Shown in pieces: positions 46,324 through 56,500 of a stretch of DNA of 64,000 nt. Made by a program: the position numbers and the translations under genes. The stretch comes from Patescibacteria group bacterium. Its GTDB lineage: Bacteria > Patescibacteriota > Patescibacteriia > 2-01-FULL-39-33. Below the pieces are notes generated by a model. It was not told the DNA's origin, did no database searches, and saw only the letters and a list, made by a program, of their open reading frames with translations. The stretch is taken from assembly GCA_041650895.1 (NCBI GenBank), contig JBAZKF010000002.1, positions 88,425-152,424 on the forward strand, written 5' to 3'. How positions within the stretch are numbered: the stretch's first letter is position 1; the number at the start of each line of letters is the position of its first letter.

Positions 46324-48903
46324 ATGCCCTTAGATGAAGTACAGAATCCTTATCAATTTGATTTGTTTTTGTTATTTTCCAGCATACCCGACGCGGTAAT
46401 TTATGCGATTGTCGGTGTTGTTATTTTTCTGTTGGTTTGTTTTGTCGTCCTATTGATTATGCGTGCCGTTTTTAGATCCCAGAAGCGTTATCCCAAAGTT
46501 TTTCAACAGCATATTTTTTTGGTAACGGTGCCGCAGCGAGTTAAGGAAGAAGGGGAGAATAAAAAGCAGTTGTCGGAAATAATCTCGGAAATTGAAGGGT
46601 TATACGCCAATTTGGGCGGACTTAGGGCATCCAAGGGTTTTAAGGCTTGGCTGTTCGGTCGTTTTGATCACTGGTCGTTGGAAATTGTTTTGGGTCTGGA
46701 CGGCTTGATTTCTTTTTATATCGCTGTTCCCGAATACTTAGTGGAGTATATTAAACAACAGATTTTTTCCAAGTATCCTTACGCGCAGATTGAAGAGACC
46801 GGCGATTATAACATTTTTAATCAGCAGGGTTTTGTCGCCATCGGTTATCTTAAACTGCTTAAGCAGAACATGTTTCCGATTCTGACCTATAAGCAGATGA
46901 ATAATGTTGACCCGCTCGTGTCCATCATCAGTGTTTTATCTAAATTCGGCGATCAGCAGACCGCGGCTATTCAGTTGGTGATGCGTTCGGCTGTCGGCGG
47001 TTGGCGCAATAAGGGCGTTAAGGTGGCTTCAGAAATGCAACAAGGTAAAGATATCAAAAAGGCCTTGGCCGCGGCCAATCCCGGACTTTTTTCCGGTTTG
47101 AGTAATATTTTTGGTGCGCCTTCTGATTGGTTTTTTGCTTCTAAGCCCAAAGATTTGAGCAAGACCTCAGAACAATACCGTTTGTCGCCTATGGAGGAGC
47201 AGGCGGTTAAAGCGATTGAGGAAAAAGCTTCCAAGGCCGGTTTGGATGTCAATATTCGCGTCGTGGCTTTTGCGCCGCTGGAGTCTCAAGCCAATGAAAA
47301 TCTCAGGCGTTTGATTGACTCCTTCGCGCAGTATTCCAGTTATCAATATGCCAACGGCTTTAAAGGAGTGGTTAAAGGCGACGGCAAACAACTGATTCAT
47401 GATTTTATCTATCGCAGTTTTGATGATAAGGCTGGCATGGTATTAAACACCGAAGAAATGACTTCGTTATGGCACCTGCCCCTGCCTAATACCGAGGTGC
47501 CGAGAATTAATTGGTTGATGGCTCGGCGCCTGCCCCCACCTTTGAATATTCCGACCGAAGGCGTAATAGTAGGCGAGAATGTTTATCGTGGCCAAAAAAC
47601 AGTCATTAAAATGAAAGACGCAGATCGCCGTCGCCATATGTATATCATTGGTATGACCGGTACCGGTAAATCCACGACCATGGCCACCATGGCGGTGCAA
47701 GATATCCGTGACGGCAAAGGCGTCTGCGTAATTGATCCGCATGGCGAATTGGTGGAAAACATTCTGAAAGGCATTCCCAAAGAGCGCGTGGAAGACGTGA
47801 TTCTGTTTGATCCTTCTGATATGGAACGGCCGATTGGCCTGAATATGCTGGAGGCCAGCAGTTCTTACGAGATGGATATGGCGGCGCAAGAAATGATCAA
47901 TATCTTTTATAAGTTATTGCCCGATCCGGCGATGGCCGGCCCGATGTTTGAGCATTATATGAGAAACGCGCTGTTAGCCCTGATGGCCGACCGCGAAGAT
48001 CCGGGAACCTTAGTAGAATTGGCCCGTATTTTTACTGACGATACTTTCCGCAAGAAAAAATTAGAGCACGTAACCGACATTTTGGTAAAAGATTTTTGGG
48101 AGCGAGAATACGCCATGTCCCAGAAGGGCTCTACGGGCGCCGATATGCTGTCCTATGTCATTTCCAAAACCGGCCGATTTGTGGAAAATGAGCTGATGCG
48201 CAACATTATCGGCCAGTCTCATTCAGGCATTAATTTTCGCGAAGCCATGGATTCGGGCAAGATCTTATTGTTGAATCTATGCAAAGGCAAGATAGGCGAG
48301 ACTAATAGCAGTTTGCTGGGCCTAATCGCCGTCGCTAAGTTGCAGATGGCGGCTTTGTCCCGCGCCGATATGCCGGAAGATCAGCGCCAGGATTTTTTCT
48401 TGTATATTGATGAATTTCAGAATTTTATTACCGATTCCATTTCCATCATTTTGTCCGAAGCCAGGAAATACAAACTTAATCTTTGTCTGGGCCATCAATT
48501 CATTTCGCAGTTGGTGCAAAACAATGATACGCGCGTGCGTGATGCAGTTTTTGGCAATGTGGGCAATCTATTGGTTTATCGTATCGGCGTGGATGATTCG
48601 GAGATTATCGCCAAACAATTATCGCCGGTGGTCAATGAATATGACGTGATGAATATTGAAAAATACAACGCTTACTTCCGTATTATGATTGATAATACGG
48701 CTATGCCGGCCTTTAATATAAAGTGTTATCAACCATCTGACGTGGTTCAGATCAATCCTGAGATTGTTACACCGCTTAAGGAATTATCCCGCCTCAAATA
48801 CGGTCGCGACCATCAATCGGTGGTGCGGGATATTATGGAGCGCAGTCAGATCGGCCGGCTGGGCGGAGCCAAAAAAGAAAGCCCGGGCGAATTCGGGTTT
48901 TAA
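46324..48903 (+). CDS. Membrane-anchored FtsK/HerA-superfamily ATPase, VirD4/TraG coupling-protein-like
   Basis: N-terminal TM helix. Walker A YIIGMTGTGKST followed by VCVIDPHGEL (cf. the VirD4 vIDPKGE motif). Walker B FFLYIDEFQNF. Confidence 0.5.
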   Translation: MPLDEVQNPYQFDLFLLFSSIPDAVIYAIVGVVIFLLVCFVVLLIMRAVFRSQKRYPKVFQQHIFLVTVPQRVKEEGENKKQLSEIISEIEGLYANLGGLRASKGFKAWLFGRFDHWSLEIVLGLDGLISFYIAVPEYLVEYIKQQIFSKYPYAQIEETGDYNIFNQQGFVAIGYLKLLKQNMFPILTYKQMNNVDPLVSIISVLSKFGDQQTAAIQLVMRSAVGGWRNKGVKVASEMQQGKDIKKALAAANPGLFSGLSNIFGAPSDWFFASKPKDLSKTSEQYRLSPMEEQAVKAIEEKASKAGLDVNIRVVAFAPLESQANENLRRLIDSFAQYSSYQYANGFKGVVKGDGKQLIHDFIYRSFDDKAGMVLNTEEMTSLWHLPLPNTEVPRINWLMARRLPPPLNIPTEGVIVGENVYRGQKTVIKMKDADRRRHMYIIGMTGTGKSTTMATMAVQDIRDGKGVCVIDPHGELVENILKGIPKERVEDVILFDPSDMERPIGLNMLEASSSYEMDMAAQEMINIFYKLLPDPAMAGPMFEHYMRNALLALMADREDPGTLVELARIFTDDTFRKKKLEHVTDILVKDFWEREYAMSQKGSTGADMLSYVISKTGRFVENELMRNIIGQSHSGINFREAMDSGKILLLNLCKGKIGETNSSLLGLIAVAKLQMAALSRADMPEDQRQDFFLYIDEFQNFITDSISIILSEARKYKLNLCLGHQFISQLVQNNDTRVRDAVFGNVGNLLVYRIGVDDSEIIAKQLSPVVNEYDVMNIEKYNAYFRIMIDNTAMPAFNIKCYQPSDVVQINPEIVTPLKELSRLKYGRDHQSVVRDIMERSQIGRLGGAKKESPGEFGF

Positions 48904-49079
48904 ATCAGGAATATGATATATGATGGGCGACATTTAACAGGGGACCAAATTGTTTTTTGTTGTCAGCCGGCTTATTGATAACTGTTTGTTGCGCATTATT
49001 CAAATCAGATACAACAAAATTGACTTTATAGTCATTTTTTTGTTATATTACACCCATAATTAACTAGTAATTATTATAA

Positions 49080-50810
49080 ATGAGCAGCGCTTTATACCGT
49101 AAATACCGACCGCAGACTTTTGCGCAAATGATCGGCCAGAATCATATCAAGATTACCCTTCAACATCAACTGGAAAGGGGAGAATCGGCTCACGCTTATT
49201 TATTTTGCGGTCCGCGCGGTTTGGGTAAAACTACTAGCGCCAGATTATTCGCCAAATCCATCAATTGCGAAAATCGTACGGCCGGTGACAGCGAGCCCTG
49301 CAACACTTGTTCGTCCTGTTTGGATATTATGGCCGGCCGATCGGTGGATATTATTGAGATTGACGCCGCCAGTAATACCGGCGTGGATAATGTGCGGGAG
49401 AATATTATTGAGAATTCCCGTTTTACGCCGGTCAAAAGTAAGTACAAAGTGTTTATTATTGACGAGGCGCACATGTTATCCAACGCCTCGTTCAATGCTC
49501 TGCTTAAGATTATGGAAGAGCCGCCGGCGCATGTGCTGTTTATCCTATGCACTACGGAAATCCATAAGTTACCTCTGACTATTATTTCCCGTTGCCAGCG
49601 TTTTGATTTTAAGAAAGTAACAGCTGAACAGCTCCTAAAACGTTTACAGTTGATCGTTGAGGGTGAGAATAAGAAAGTAGACGATGAAGTACTTAAGCGA
49701 GTGGTAGTGGTTTCTGAAGGATGCGTGCGTGATGCGGAAAGCTTATTGGCTAAGATTTTGTCTTTGGGCGATGATATCACCTTGGAACAAGCGGAAATCG
49801 TCTTGCCACGTAGCGACTTTCAGATTATTTTGGTTTTTGTGGAGTATCTGGCGGAAAAAAACGCCGCCGCCGCCGTAGAGCATATTAATCGTTTAATGGA
49901 GGAAGGGGTTGATTTGTCGGTATTTACGGAAAATTTGTTGGAATTTTTAAGACAAATGATGCTGGTCAAGGTTAACGGTCGTTTAGCTGTTTTTGGCTTG
50001 GAATTCAATGATGATTTGGCGGAAAGCATTAAAGACTTGGCTGATAAGTTTAATTTTGCTGAAATCGTAGAGATGGTAGAAATTTTTTCTGACAAGGCCA
50101 AGGAAATAAAGCAAGCGCCAATAATGCAATTTCCTTTGGAGATCGCTGTTATTAGATTAGTGGAACGCGTTTCCGGCGTTAAGCCTGATAAAACTGTTTT
50201 TGCCGCCGTTTCGGCACCTGTGACCGCAGTCGTTTCTCCGGCTGGCAAGTTGAACGATTCAGTTCCAGTTGCCACCATAAAAAAAGATACACCGATTACT
50301 GATAATAAAATCGAAACAGCAACAGCTCCGGCTGTTAGCCAGCCAGTCGCCAGCCAGCCGACCATTGCCGCTACAGCCAGCCAGCCGACCTTAGATCAAA
50401 ACGTGTCTTTGGCGGATATCGCTGCCAATTGGGGCCAGCTTGTTAATCGTTTAATTAAAACTAATTTTTCCTTGGGCTCTCTTTTGCGGATCAGCCAACC
50501 GTTATCTTGCGACAGGGGAGTATTGCAGGTCGCTGTTACCAGTCTGTTCTATAAGAATCGCCTGGAAACTCAAGATAACCAGAAAATAGTAGAAGATACT
50601 CTGTTGGAAGTAGCGGGAATCAATATCAGAGTCAAGGGAGTGGTGTCGCAAACCGTGGTGCCGTTGGAAGTAGCGATTGATTATGGTGAGGATTTGGCCG
50701 TGCCGCCTAACGATTTTTCACCGCCGCCGGCTGAATCGGTGCCCGGGGTTGTTCCGGTTGTCCCGTCGATCAAGCTTGATCCGACAGAGGATGTCTTGGG
50801 TATGTTGTAA
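49080..50810 (+). CDS. dnaX: DNA polymerase III subunits gamma/tau
   Basis: YRPQTFAQMIGQNHI, GPRGLGKTT and the Zn module CNTCSSC. Low-complexity SQP linker. Confidence 0.9.
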   Translation: MSSALYRKYRPQTFAQMIGQNHIKITLQHQLERGESAHAYLFCGPRGLGKTTSARLFAKSINCENRTAGDSEPCNTCSSCLDIMAGRSVDIIEIDAASNTGVDNVRENIIENSRFTPVKSKYKVFIIDEAHMLSNASFNALLKIMEEPPAHVLFILCTTEIHKLPLTIISRCQRFDFKKVTAEQLLKRLQLIVEGENKKVDDEVLKRVVVVSEGCVRDAESLLAKILSLGDDITLEQAEIVLPRSDFQIILVFVEYLAEKNAAAAVEHINRLMEEGVDLSVFTENLLEFLRQMMLVKVNGRLAVFGLEFNDDLAESIKDLADKFNFAEIVEMVEIFSDKAKEIKQAPIMQFPLEIAVIRLVERVSGVKPDKTVFAAVSAPVTAVVSPAGKLNDSVPVATIKKDTPITDNKIETATAPAVSQPVASQPTIAATASQPTLDQNVSLADIAANWGQLVNRLIKTNFSLGSLLRISQPLSCDRGVLQVAVTSLFYKNRLETQDNQKIVEDTLLEVAGINIRVKGVVSQTVVPLEVAIDYGEDLAVPPNDFSPPPAESVPGVVPVVPSIKLDPTEDVLGML

Positions 50811-50839
50811 AATCCGTTAAGGATAAAATAAATATTAAT

Positions 50840-52243
50840 ATGAAACGATCAGAAATCATTATTTCCGCCGGCTTAGTGCCCATTGATTATTTAATGGTGG
50901 TTTTAGCCGGTATTGCCAGCTATTATTTCCGTTTCTGGGAGCCGATCAGCGCTTATCGCCCGGTAGTTTTTAATTTGCCGTTTTCGTATTTTTTGAGCTG
51001 GCTTTGGTTGATGGCCGTAGTCTGGATTGTCACTTTCGTTTTAGCCGGATTATATAATATGCGTGGCACTTCGCGGGCGGTTGATGAAGTTTCCAAGATT
51101 ATTCTGGCTTCTACGGCGGCCGTAGCCATCTTGATGTTTTTATTTTTCTTTTCCCGCTCCTTGTTTGATTCCCGTTTTATTATTCTGGCTGCTTGGTTCT
51201 TCTCTATTATTTCAGTAATGTTCGGCCGTGGCCTGATGCGTTTCCTTCAGCGTCGCTTGTATGGCTGGGGCGTGGGCATTCATCGGGTGATTATTATCGG
51301 TGAAGGCAATGCGGCTGATGAAGTGGTTCGGGAATTTACGGCTAACCCGCGCGCCGGTTATCGCGTTGCTGACCAATTTAAGAATTTTGATGCGGTTACG
51401 GAAAAAGAACTGCTGGAGTTGAAAGCGGCGGACAAATTTGACGAGATTTTGGTGGCGCGTGCTGATTTATCGACGGAAATCTCGGAGAAGCTCCATGACT
51501 TTTCCTATGTCAATCATGTGGAGCTTAAGTATATTGCGGATATTTTTGATTTTCCCATTAATAATTTTGTCATTGATAATATCGCCGGTCTACCGGTAGT
51601 GGAATTGAAGAAAACCAAGTTGGACGGTTGGGGCCGGATCGGTAAGCGTTTGTTTGATTTGGTTGGTTCGGCTTTGTTGATAATCCTGCTATCGCCGATT
51701 TTGGTTATCATTACTTTAGCGGTCAAATTAAGTTCGGTTGGGCCATTGTTTTTCACTTACAAACGCATCGGTGAGTACGGCAAGCCTTTTACCTATTTCA
51801 AGTTCCGCACCATGATCAAAGACGCGCATAAATTTCGTTTTGATGAGGAATTCATAAAAACGCAAGAAAATGTCCGCGCCGGCACGCCCATGATGAAATT
51901 CAAGAATGACCCGCGCATCACGCCGGTCGGAAAATTTCTGCGGCGTTATTCATTGGATGAGTTGCCGGAGCTATTTATTGTCTTCGCCGGCAAAATGTCT
52001 TTAGTCGGTCCCAGGCCTCATGAAGTTGAGGAAGTGGAAAAATATGAAAGTTATCATAAGCGCGTTTTGTCCATCAAGCCGGGCATGACCGGCATGTCTC
52101 AAGTCGCCGGACGCAGCGATTTGGATTTTGACGAGGAAGTTCGTTTGGATGTGTGGTATATGGAGAACTGGTCCATGAAACTGGATTTAATGGTTATGTT
52201 TAAGACGCCTTTTGCCGTAGTGCGTAAGCGGCAGGCGGAGTAA
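50840..52243 (+). CDS. Polyprenyl-phosphate sugar phosphotransferase (bacterial sugar transferase, WbaP-like)
   Basis: N-terminal TM helices. C-terminal GKPFTYFKFRTM ... DELPELFIVFAGKMSLVGPRP. Confidence 0.8.
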   Translation: MKRSEIIISAGLVPIDYLMVVLAGIASYYFRFWEPISAYRPVVFNLPFSYFLSWLWLMAVVWIVTFVLAGLYNMRGTSRAVDEVSKIILASTAAVAILMFLFFFSRSLFDSRFIILAAWFFSIISVMFGRGLMRFLQRRLYGWGVGIHRVIIIGEGNAADEVVREFTANPRAGYRVADQFKNFDAVTEKELLELKAADKFDEILVARADLSTEISEKLHDFSYVNHVELKYIADIFDFPINNFVIDNIAGLPVVELKKTKLDGWGRIGKRLFDLVGSALLIILLSPILVIITLAVKLSSVGPLFFTYKRIGEYGKPFTYFKFRTMIKDAHKFRFDEEFIKTQENVRAGTPMMKFKNDPRITPVGKFLRRYSLDELPELFIVFAGKMSLVGPRPHEVEEVEKYESYHKRVLSIKPGMTGMSQVAGRSDLDFDEEVRLDVWYMENWSMKLDLMVMFKTPFAVVRKRQAE

Positions 52244-52406
52244 TCTGTTTAGATGTATTGATTTAGCCTAAGCACCTGGTATCATTATAGTATCGTCCCG
52301 AGAGTTGTCTCGGGACTTTTTTATAAGATATGTTTAACAATTTGGGAATAAAAAAGCGCCTCGCCGCAGAGTGCGACGAGGCGTTGAAATTAAACTAACC
52401 CAACGA

Positions 52407-52658
52407 TTAGGGGACAAATGCGACACCGCCCCTCCTGTTGAGAATCGCGAGCTTACCATCGATTCTTATATACCTGAAAGCACAGTAGTCCGCCGAGCAG
52501 CTGCTCAGCATCTCAACTGTTGGCGGGTTCATTTCGAACTTTTCCGCTGGTTGGGGGGTCTTGACGGCGTTGCGGGCGTCAAGACATGAAGCGAAGGCGA
52601 GGGCGGTAATGAATACTACAACTACTATCGCCATCAGGGTCGGATTATAAGAATGCAT
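52407..52658 (-). CDS. Small secreted Cys-containing protein, hypothetical
   Basis: Signal peptide. 83 aa. Confidence 0.3.
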   Translation of the reverse strand: MHSYNPTLMAIVVVVFITALAFASCLDARNAVKTPQPAEKFEMNPPTVEMLSSCSADYCAFRYIRIDGKLAILNRRGGVAFVP

Positions 52659-52687
52659 TTTTCTTCTCCCTTGATTGATGGTTGAAG

Positions 52688-53014
52688 TTACGGTCTATTG
52701 GTTGGAATCACTATGACCGAGTTTAGAATTCCCGATACGTTCATTTCACCCTCAGGTAACGGGTTGGTTAGTCGCATCACGTGTTTTACCAACCAGTAGA
52801 AACTTTTTCCTTCCCAGTAGTACTTTTTACCATTGGCCGTGGTGCTTACCCCGGCCGCTTTCAGCGCCCCGTCGTCAAAGTAAATTATGTCGTCCACGTT
52901 GATCGGTTCTGACCATTCCAGAAATATCGTCCGCTCGAAAGCGACTTCTCTAAATATTACCTCATAAACGTGTTTCATCTCGTTCTCCTTGCGTGGTTTT
53001 TTACTTTTACCCAA
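52688..53014 (-). CDS. Hypothetical protein
   Basis: 108 aa. No motif recognised. Confidence 0.3.
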   Translation of the reverse strand: MGKSKKPRKENEMKHVYEVIFREVAFERTIFLEWSEPINVDDIIYFDDGALKAAGVSTTANGKKYYWEGKSFYWLVKHVMRLTNPLPEGEMNVSGILNSVIVIPTNRP

Positions 53015-53188
53015 GGCGTTACATAAGTTGTTAGCCTAAAAAACATACTTTTAAAAGTGCCAGATATCATTTAATGATAGCATACTTATAATATTTTGTC
53101 AAGTATTTATCCACAATTGAGATATTTTGCCTAATTTTACCTATTTTTATAAGGAAACAGCCCGCTCCATTTTTTATTTACTGAAATT

Positions 53189-55285
53189 TTGCTATTATTA
53201 AAGAAGCTTATGGTCAAATACGTTTTACATACTGCCTCAACAGTTAAGGATTTTAAAATTGATTACGCTAAAGAGCTTAATGAGGAACAACACAAGGTCG
53301 TAACCGAGGGCTACGGGCCTTGTTTAGTTTTGGCCGGCGCCGGTTCGGGTAAAACTCGCACCTTGGTTTATCGCGTAGTTTATCTGTTGGAACAGGGCGT
53401 ACCGGCCGGAAATATCATGCTGGTAACTTTTACCAACAAGGCGGCCAAAGAAATGCTAGAACGCATTGGGGTGTTACTTAAAGGCGAAGCCAAGGGGTTG
53501 TGGGGCGGAACTTTTCATCATTTGGGCAATCGGCTGTTGCGGATGTACGGCGAGCGGATAAATATCGCTAATAACTTTACGATCTTAGATGAGGAGGATT
53601 CTTTGACTTTGCTTAAGAATTGCCTGAGCCGGGCCAATCCGCCGGAGGATAAGTATTTCCCCAAGGCCAAGGTCATTCGTTCCATTATCTCTTTGTCGCA
53701 GAACTTGTGCCAGCCCATCCGCCAGGTCATAGCTGAGCGTTATGATTATTTTAAAGACAATTATTTGCCGTGCATTTTGGAGACGGCTGATTTGTATAAG
53801 GAGCGCAAAGCTCAGATTAATGCTTTGGATTTTGATGACCTCCTAATCAAATGGAATGAATTGCTGGAACAATCACCGGAAATAAAAAAGCGTTTGGGCG
53901 AAAAGTTCGCTTACATTTTGATTGACGAATTCCAAGACACTAACGCTTTGCAGTCCAAGATTATCGCTAATCTGGCCAGCCCTCAGCGCAACATTTTGGC
54001 GGTCGGCGATGACGCCCAAAGCATCTATGGCTTTCGGGGCGCCGATGTTAATCATATTTTGGATTTTCCTCAGCAATTTCCCGATGCCAAGATTCTGCGA
54101 TTAGAAATCAATTATCGCTCTACACCCGAGATTCTGGCGCTGGCCGATACATCAATTAATCGCAATGAAGCTAAGTTTGAGAAACACCTCAAGGCGATCC
54201 GAGCCAAAGGCGCCAAGCCGGCTGTGGCGGCTTTGACTGATAATTATCAGCAAGCTGAGTTTGTTTGTCAAAGGATTTTGGATTTGCAACGTGATGACGG
54301 CCTGGCGCTTAATAATATGGCTGTACTGTTTCGGTCGCATTTCCAATGCTTGGAATTGGAAATGGAACTTAATAAACGAAATATTCCGTATCAGATGCGC
54401 GGAGGCATGAGGTTTTTTGAGCAGGCGCATTTGAAAGACGTTCTGGCTTACTTGAAAATTTTAGCCAATTTTCGCGACGAGGTTTCTTGGTTGCGTCTTC
54501 TTAGTATGCAGGGCGGCATCGGCGAGATGACGGCAGAAAAGATTTGGCGCCAGGCCGCGGTTTTGGGCGATTTGGAAAAGTTGTTGGGTTATAAGCTGGA
54601 ACTTGGCTCTAAAGCCGCTTTCGGCTGGTCCGTCTTAAGGCGCATATTGGAGAAAATCGCGCAATTAGATAAGAATGATTTGCCCGCGTTAGTAACTGTT
54701 ATTATTGATTCCGGTTACGAAAAACATTTGCAAGCCAACTACGAGAATTTTCAGGATCGGCTGGATGATTTGACTCAGTTGATAGAATTCGTCAAATCTT
54801 ACGACAGTTTGGAAAGATTTTTGGCCGATACGGCTTTGTCGGAAAACTTCCAGGGTCAATCGCGCGCTGAGCGACTGGCGAATGATAATGAACAATTAAT
54901 CCTGTCTACCATCCATCAGGCTAAGGGCTTGGAGTGGCCGGCAGTGTTTGTGATCGGCTTGGCGGAAGGCCTGTTTCCGCACGCCAGAGTTTATGATAAG
55001 CCGGCGGAACTGGAAGAGGAGCGGCGGTTGTTTTATGTGGCTTGTACCCGCGCCAAAGACCAATTATATTTGAGTTATCCGTTATTCGGCCGAGACAGTA
55101 TATTGCACCCGTCGCAGTTTATTAGGGAGTTGCCGACGAAGTTATATGATCGCTGGGATGTGGAGGAAGATGAAGATGAGGTGATTTATGTGGATGAAGC
55201 AGGGGAGCGCGCGCTCGGACCGGGCAAACGAAAAGGCATCTTGGATTTTGATCCGGAATTGGAGGTTGAGGAGTCGGATTATTAA
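53189..55285 (+). CDS. UvrD/PcrA/Rep-family ATP-dependent DNA helicase
   Basis: AGAGSGKT, FTNKAAKEM, ILIDEFQDTN and VGDDAQSIYGFRGA motifs. Confidence 0.85.
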   Translation: MLLLKKLMVKYVLHTASTVKDFKIDYAKELNEEQHKVVTEGYGPCLVLAGAGSGKTRTLVYRVVYLLEQGVPAGNIMLVTFTNKAAKEMLERIGVLLKGEAKGLWGGTFHHLGNRLLRMYGERINIANNFTILDEEDSLTLLKNCLSRANPPEDKYFPKAKVIRSIISLSQNLCQPIRQVIAERYDYFKDNYLPCILETADLYKERKAQINALDFDDLLIKWNELLEQSPEIKKRLGEKFAYILIDEFQDTNALQSKIIANLASPQRNILAVGDDAQSIYGFRGADVNHILDFPQQFPDAKILRLEINYRSTPEILALADTSINRNEAKFEKHLKAIRAKGAKPAVAALTDNYQQAEFVCQRILDLQRDDGLALNNMAVLFRSHFQCLELEMELNKRNIPYQMRGGMRFFEQAHLKDVLAYLKILANFRDEVSWLRLLSMQGGIGEMTAEKIWRQAAVLGDLEKLLGYKLELGSKAAFGWSVLRRILEKIAQLDKNDLPALVTVIIDSGYEKHLQANYENFQDRLDDLTQLIEFVKSYDSLERFLADTALSENFQGQSRAERLANDNEQLILSTIHQAKGLEWPAVFVIGLAEGLFPHARVYDKPAELEEERRLFYVACTRAKDQLYLSYPLFGRDSILHPSQFIRELPTKLYDRWDVEEDEDEVIYVDEAGERALGPGKRKGILDFDPELEVEESDY

Positions 55286-55297
55286 TTCGGCCAGCTA

Positions 55298-55326
55298 TTG
55301 ACAAAATACACCATGTTTCTTATTAT
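55298..55326 (+). promoter_or_regulatory. Promoter TTGACA-N17-TATTAT
   Basis: TTGACA at 55298-55303, TATTAT at 55321-55326. Lies upstream of the ORF at 55395. Confidence 0.45.
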
Positions 55327-55394
55327 ATTTGCATGATGCAAATCATATTAAGCGCAACCTTGAAAACTGACAACTAAAATGAAAGGAGGCCATT

Positions 55395-55781
55395 ATGCTT
55401 GTCTCTGAGAATCTTAAGGCTGGTGAAGGCTGTAAGAAAACGGTCAAACGTATTGAGGTGGGTTTTTCCACCGGTCGGGAAATGGGCGATTCAAAATATA
55501 AGATGCGTATTTATGCGGATAAAGGTAGAAACGACGTTCCTTTTTTGAATTTAATCAAACGCGCCGTTGAAAATTTTTATTACGGTCTTTTCTATCAAGG
55601 CTTTAATAATGATCCGATACAGATTGATGCTTCAAAAGCTGAAGTAATCAGAAATATACGCGTTACTCTTTATGCTCGTAATCCGTATAATGGCCATTGT
55701 GATTTTTATCACTTGGTTCTTTGTCTTGATCCCGTAGACGAACATAGCGATAAAGTCATGTTTTGCTATCGTCGAAGATAA
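55395..55781 (+). CDS. Hypothetical protein
   Basis: 128 aa. AAAGGAGG RBS. Confidence 0.35.
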   Translation: MLVSENLKAGEGCKKTVKRIEVGFSTGREMGDSKYKMRIYADKGRNDVPFLNLIKRAVENFYYGLFYQGFNNDPIQIDASKAEVIRNIRVTLYARNPYNGHCDFYHLVLCLDPVDEHSDKVMFCYRRR

Positions 55782-55911
55782 TTTCTGGCGGATCGTCTGC
55801 CGCCAGTTCGTCCAATTCGTTGTTTTGTAACCAATTTAATCCCGTGATGTGACTGGTCACGGGTTTTTTGTTTGCTCAAAAAGGAATAAAATGTTAAAAT
55901 GCAGGCGTATG

Positions 55912-56457
55912 TGGATGCTAATCATTGTCGCTTTTTATTTGCTTTTGCCCGCCTATTTGGCCAATATGGCTCCGCCCGTATTCGGCCGTCTTGGTTTGCT
56001 GAAATTATTGGCCAAGCCCATTGACGGCGGTCGCAAATGGCGCGGGCAATATATCTTTGGAACCGGCAAAACCTGGCGTGGGATTTTGGTTGCTGTAATT
56101 TTCGGCATTTTGGGTGCCGGTTTGCAGGCCTGGCTTTTTAATTACCCTTATTTTGAGGGGATCTCCCTGGTGGATTATCCGAGTGTCTGGCTGATATTCG
56201 GTTTTCTGGCCGGACTGGGCGCAATTCTGGGCGATTTGGCTAAGAGCTTTTTCAAGCGCCGCATTGGCGTTGTTTCCGGCGGCGTCTGGCCCGTATTTGA
56301 TCAGTTGGATTTTGTCGCGGGATTTTTTTTGTTCACCTGGTGTTATGCGGCGCTGTTCTGGCAGGTTGTCGTGGCCGCTTGTTTGCTTACTCTGGTGCTT
56401 CATCCCTTAACTAATATCATCGCTTACTTGCTAAAACTGAAAAAAGTTTGGTGGTAA
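55912..56457 (+). CDS. CDP-archaeol synthase-like (CarS/DUF46 family) membrane protein
   Basis: MWMLIIVAFYLLLPAYLANMAPPVF...PIDGGRKWRGQYIFGTGKTWRGIL matches the CarS signature (LPAY.AN..P...PID.G...G.GKTWRG). Confidence 0.55.
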   Translation, partial: WMLIIVAFYLLLPAYLANMAPPVFGRLGLLKLLAKPIDGGRKWRGQYIFGTGKTWRGILVAVIFGILGAGLQAWLFNYPYFEGISLVDYPSVWLIFGFLAGLGAILGDLAKSFFKRRIGVVSGGVWPVFDQLDFVAGFFLFTWCYAALFWQVVVAACLLTLVLHPLTNIIAYLLKLKKVWW

Positions 56458-56500
56458 TATAATCAATTACAGTTTTTAAATTACGAATTATTAATTTTTT

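Noticed and set aside
50281-50400. Apparent DNA repeats gccagccagccgac within dnaX
   Set aside because: They encode the low-complexity Ser/Gln/Pro tau linker (VSQPVASQPTIAATASQPT). They are a coding low-complexity region, not a regulatory repeat.
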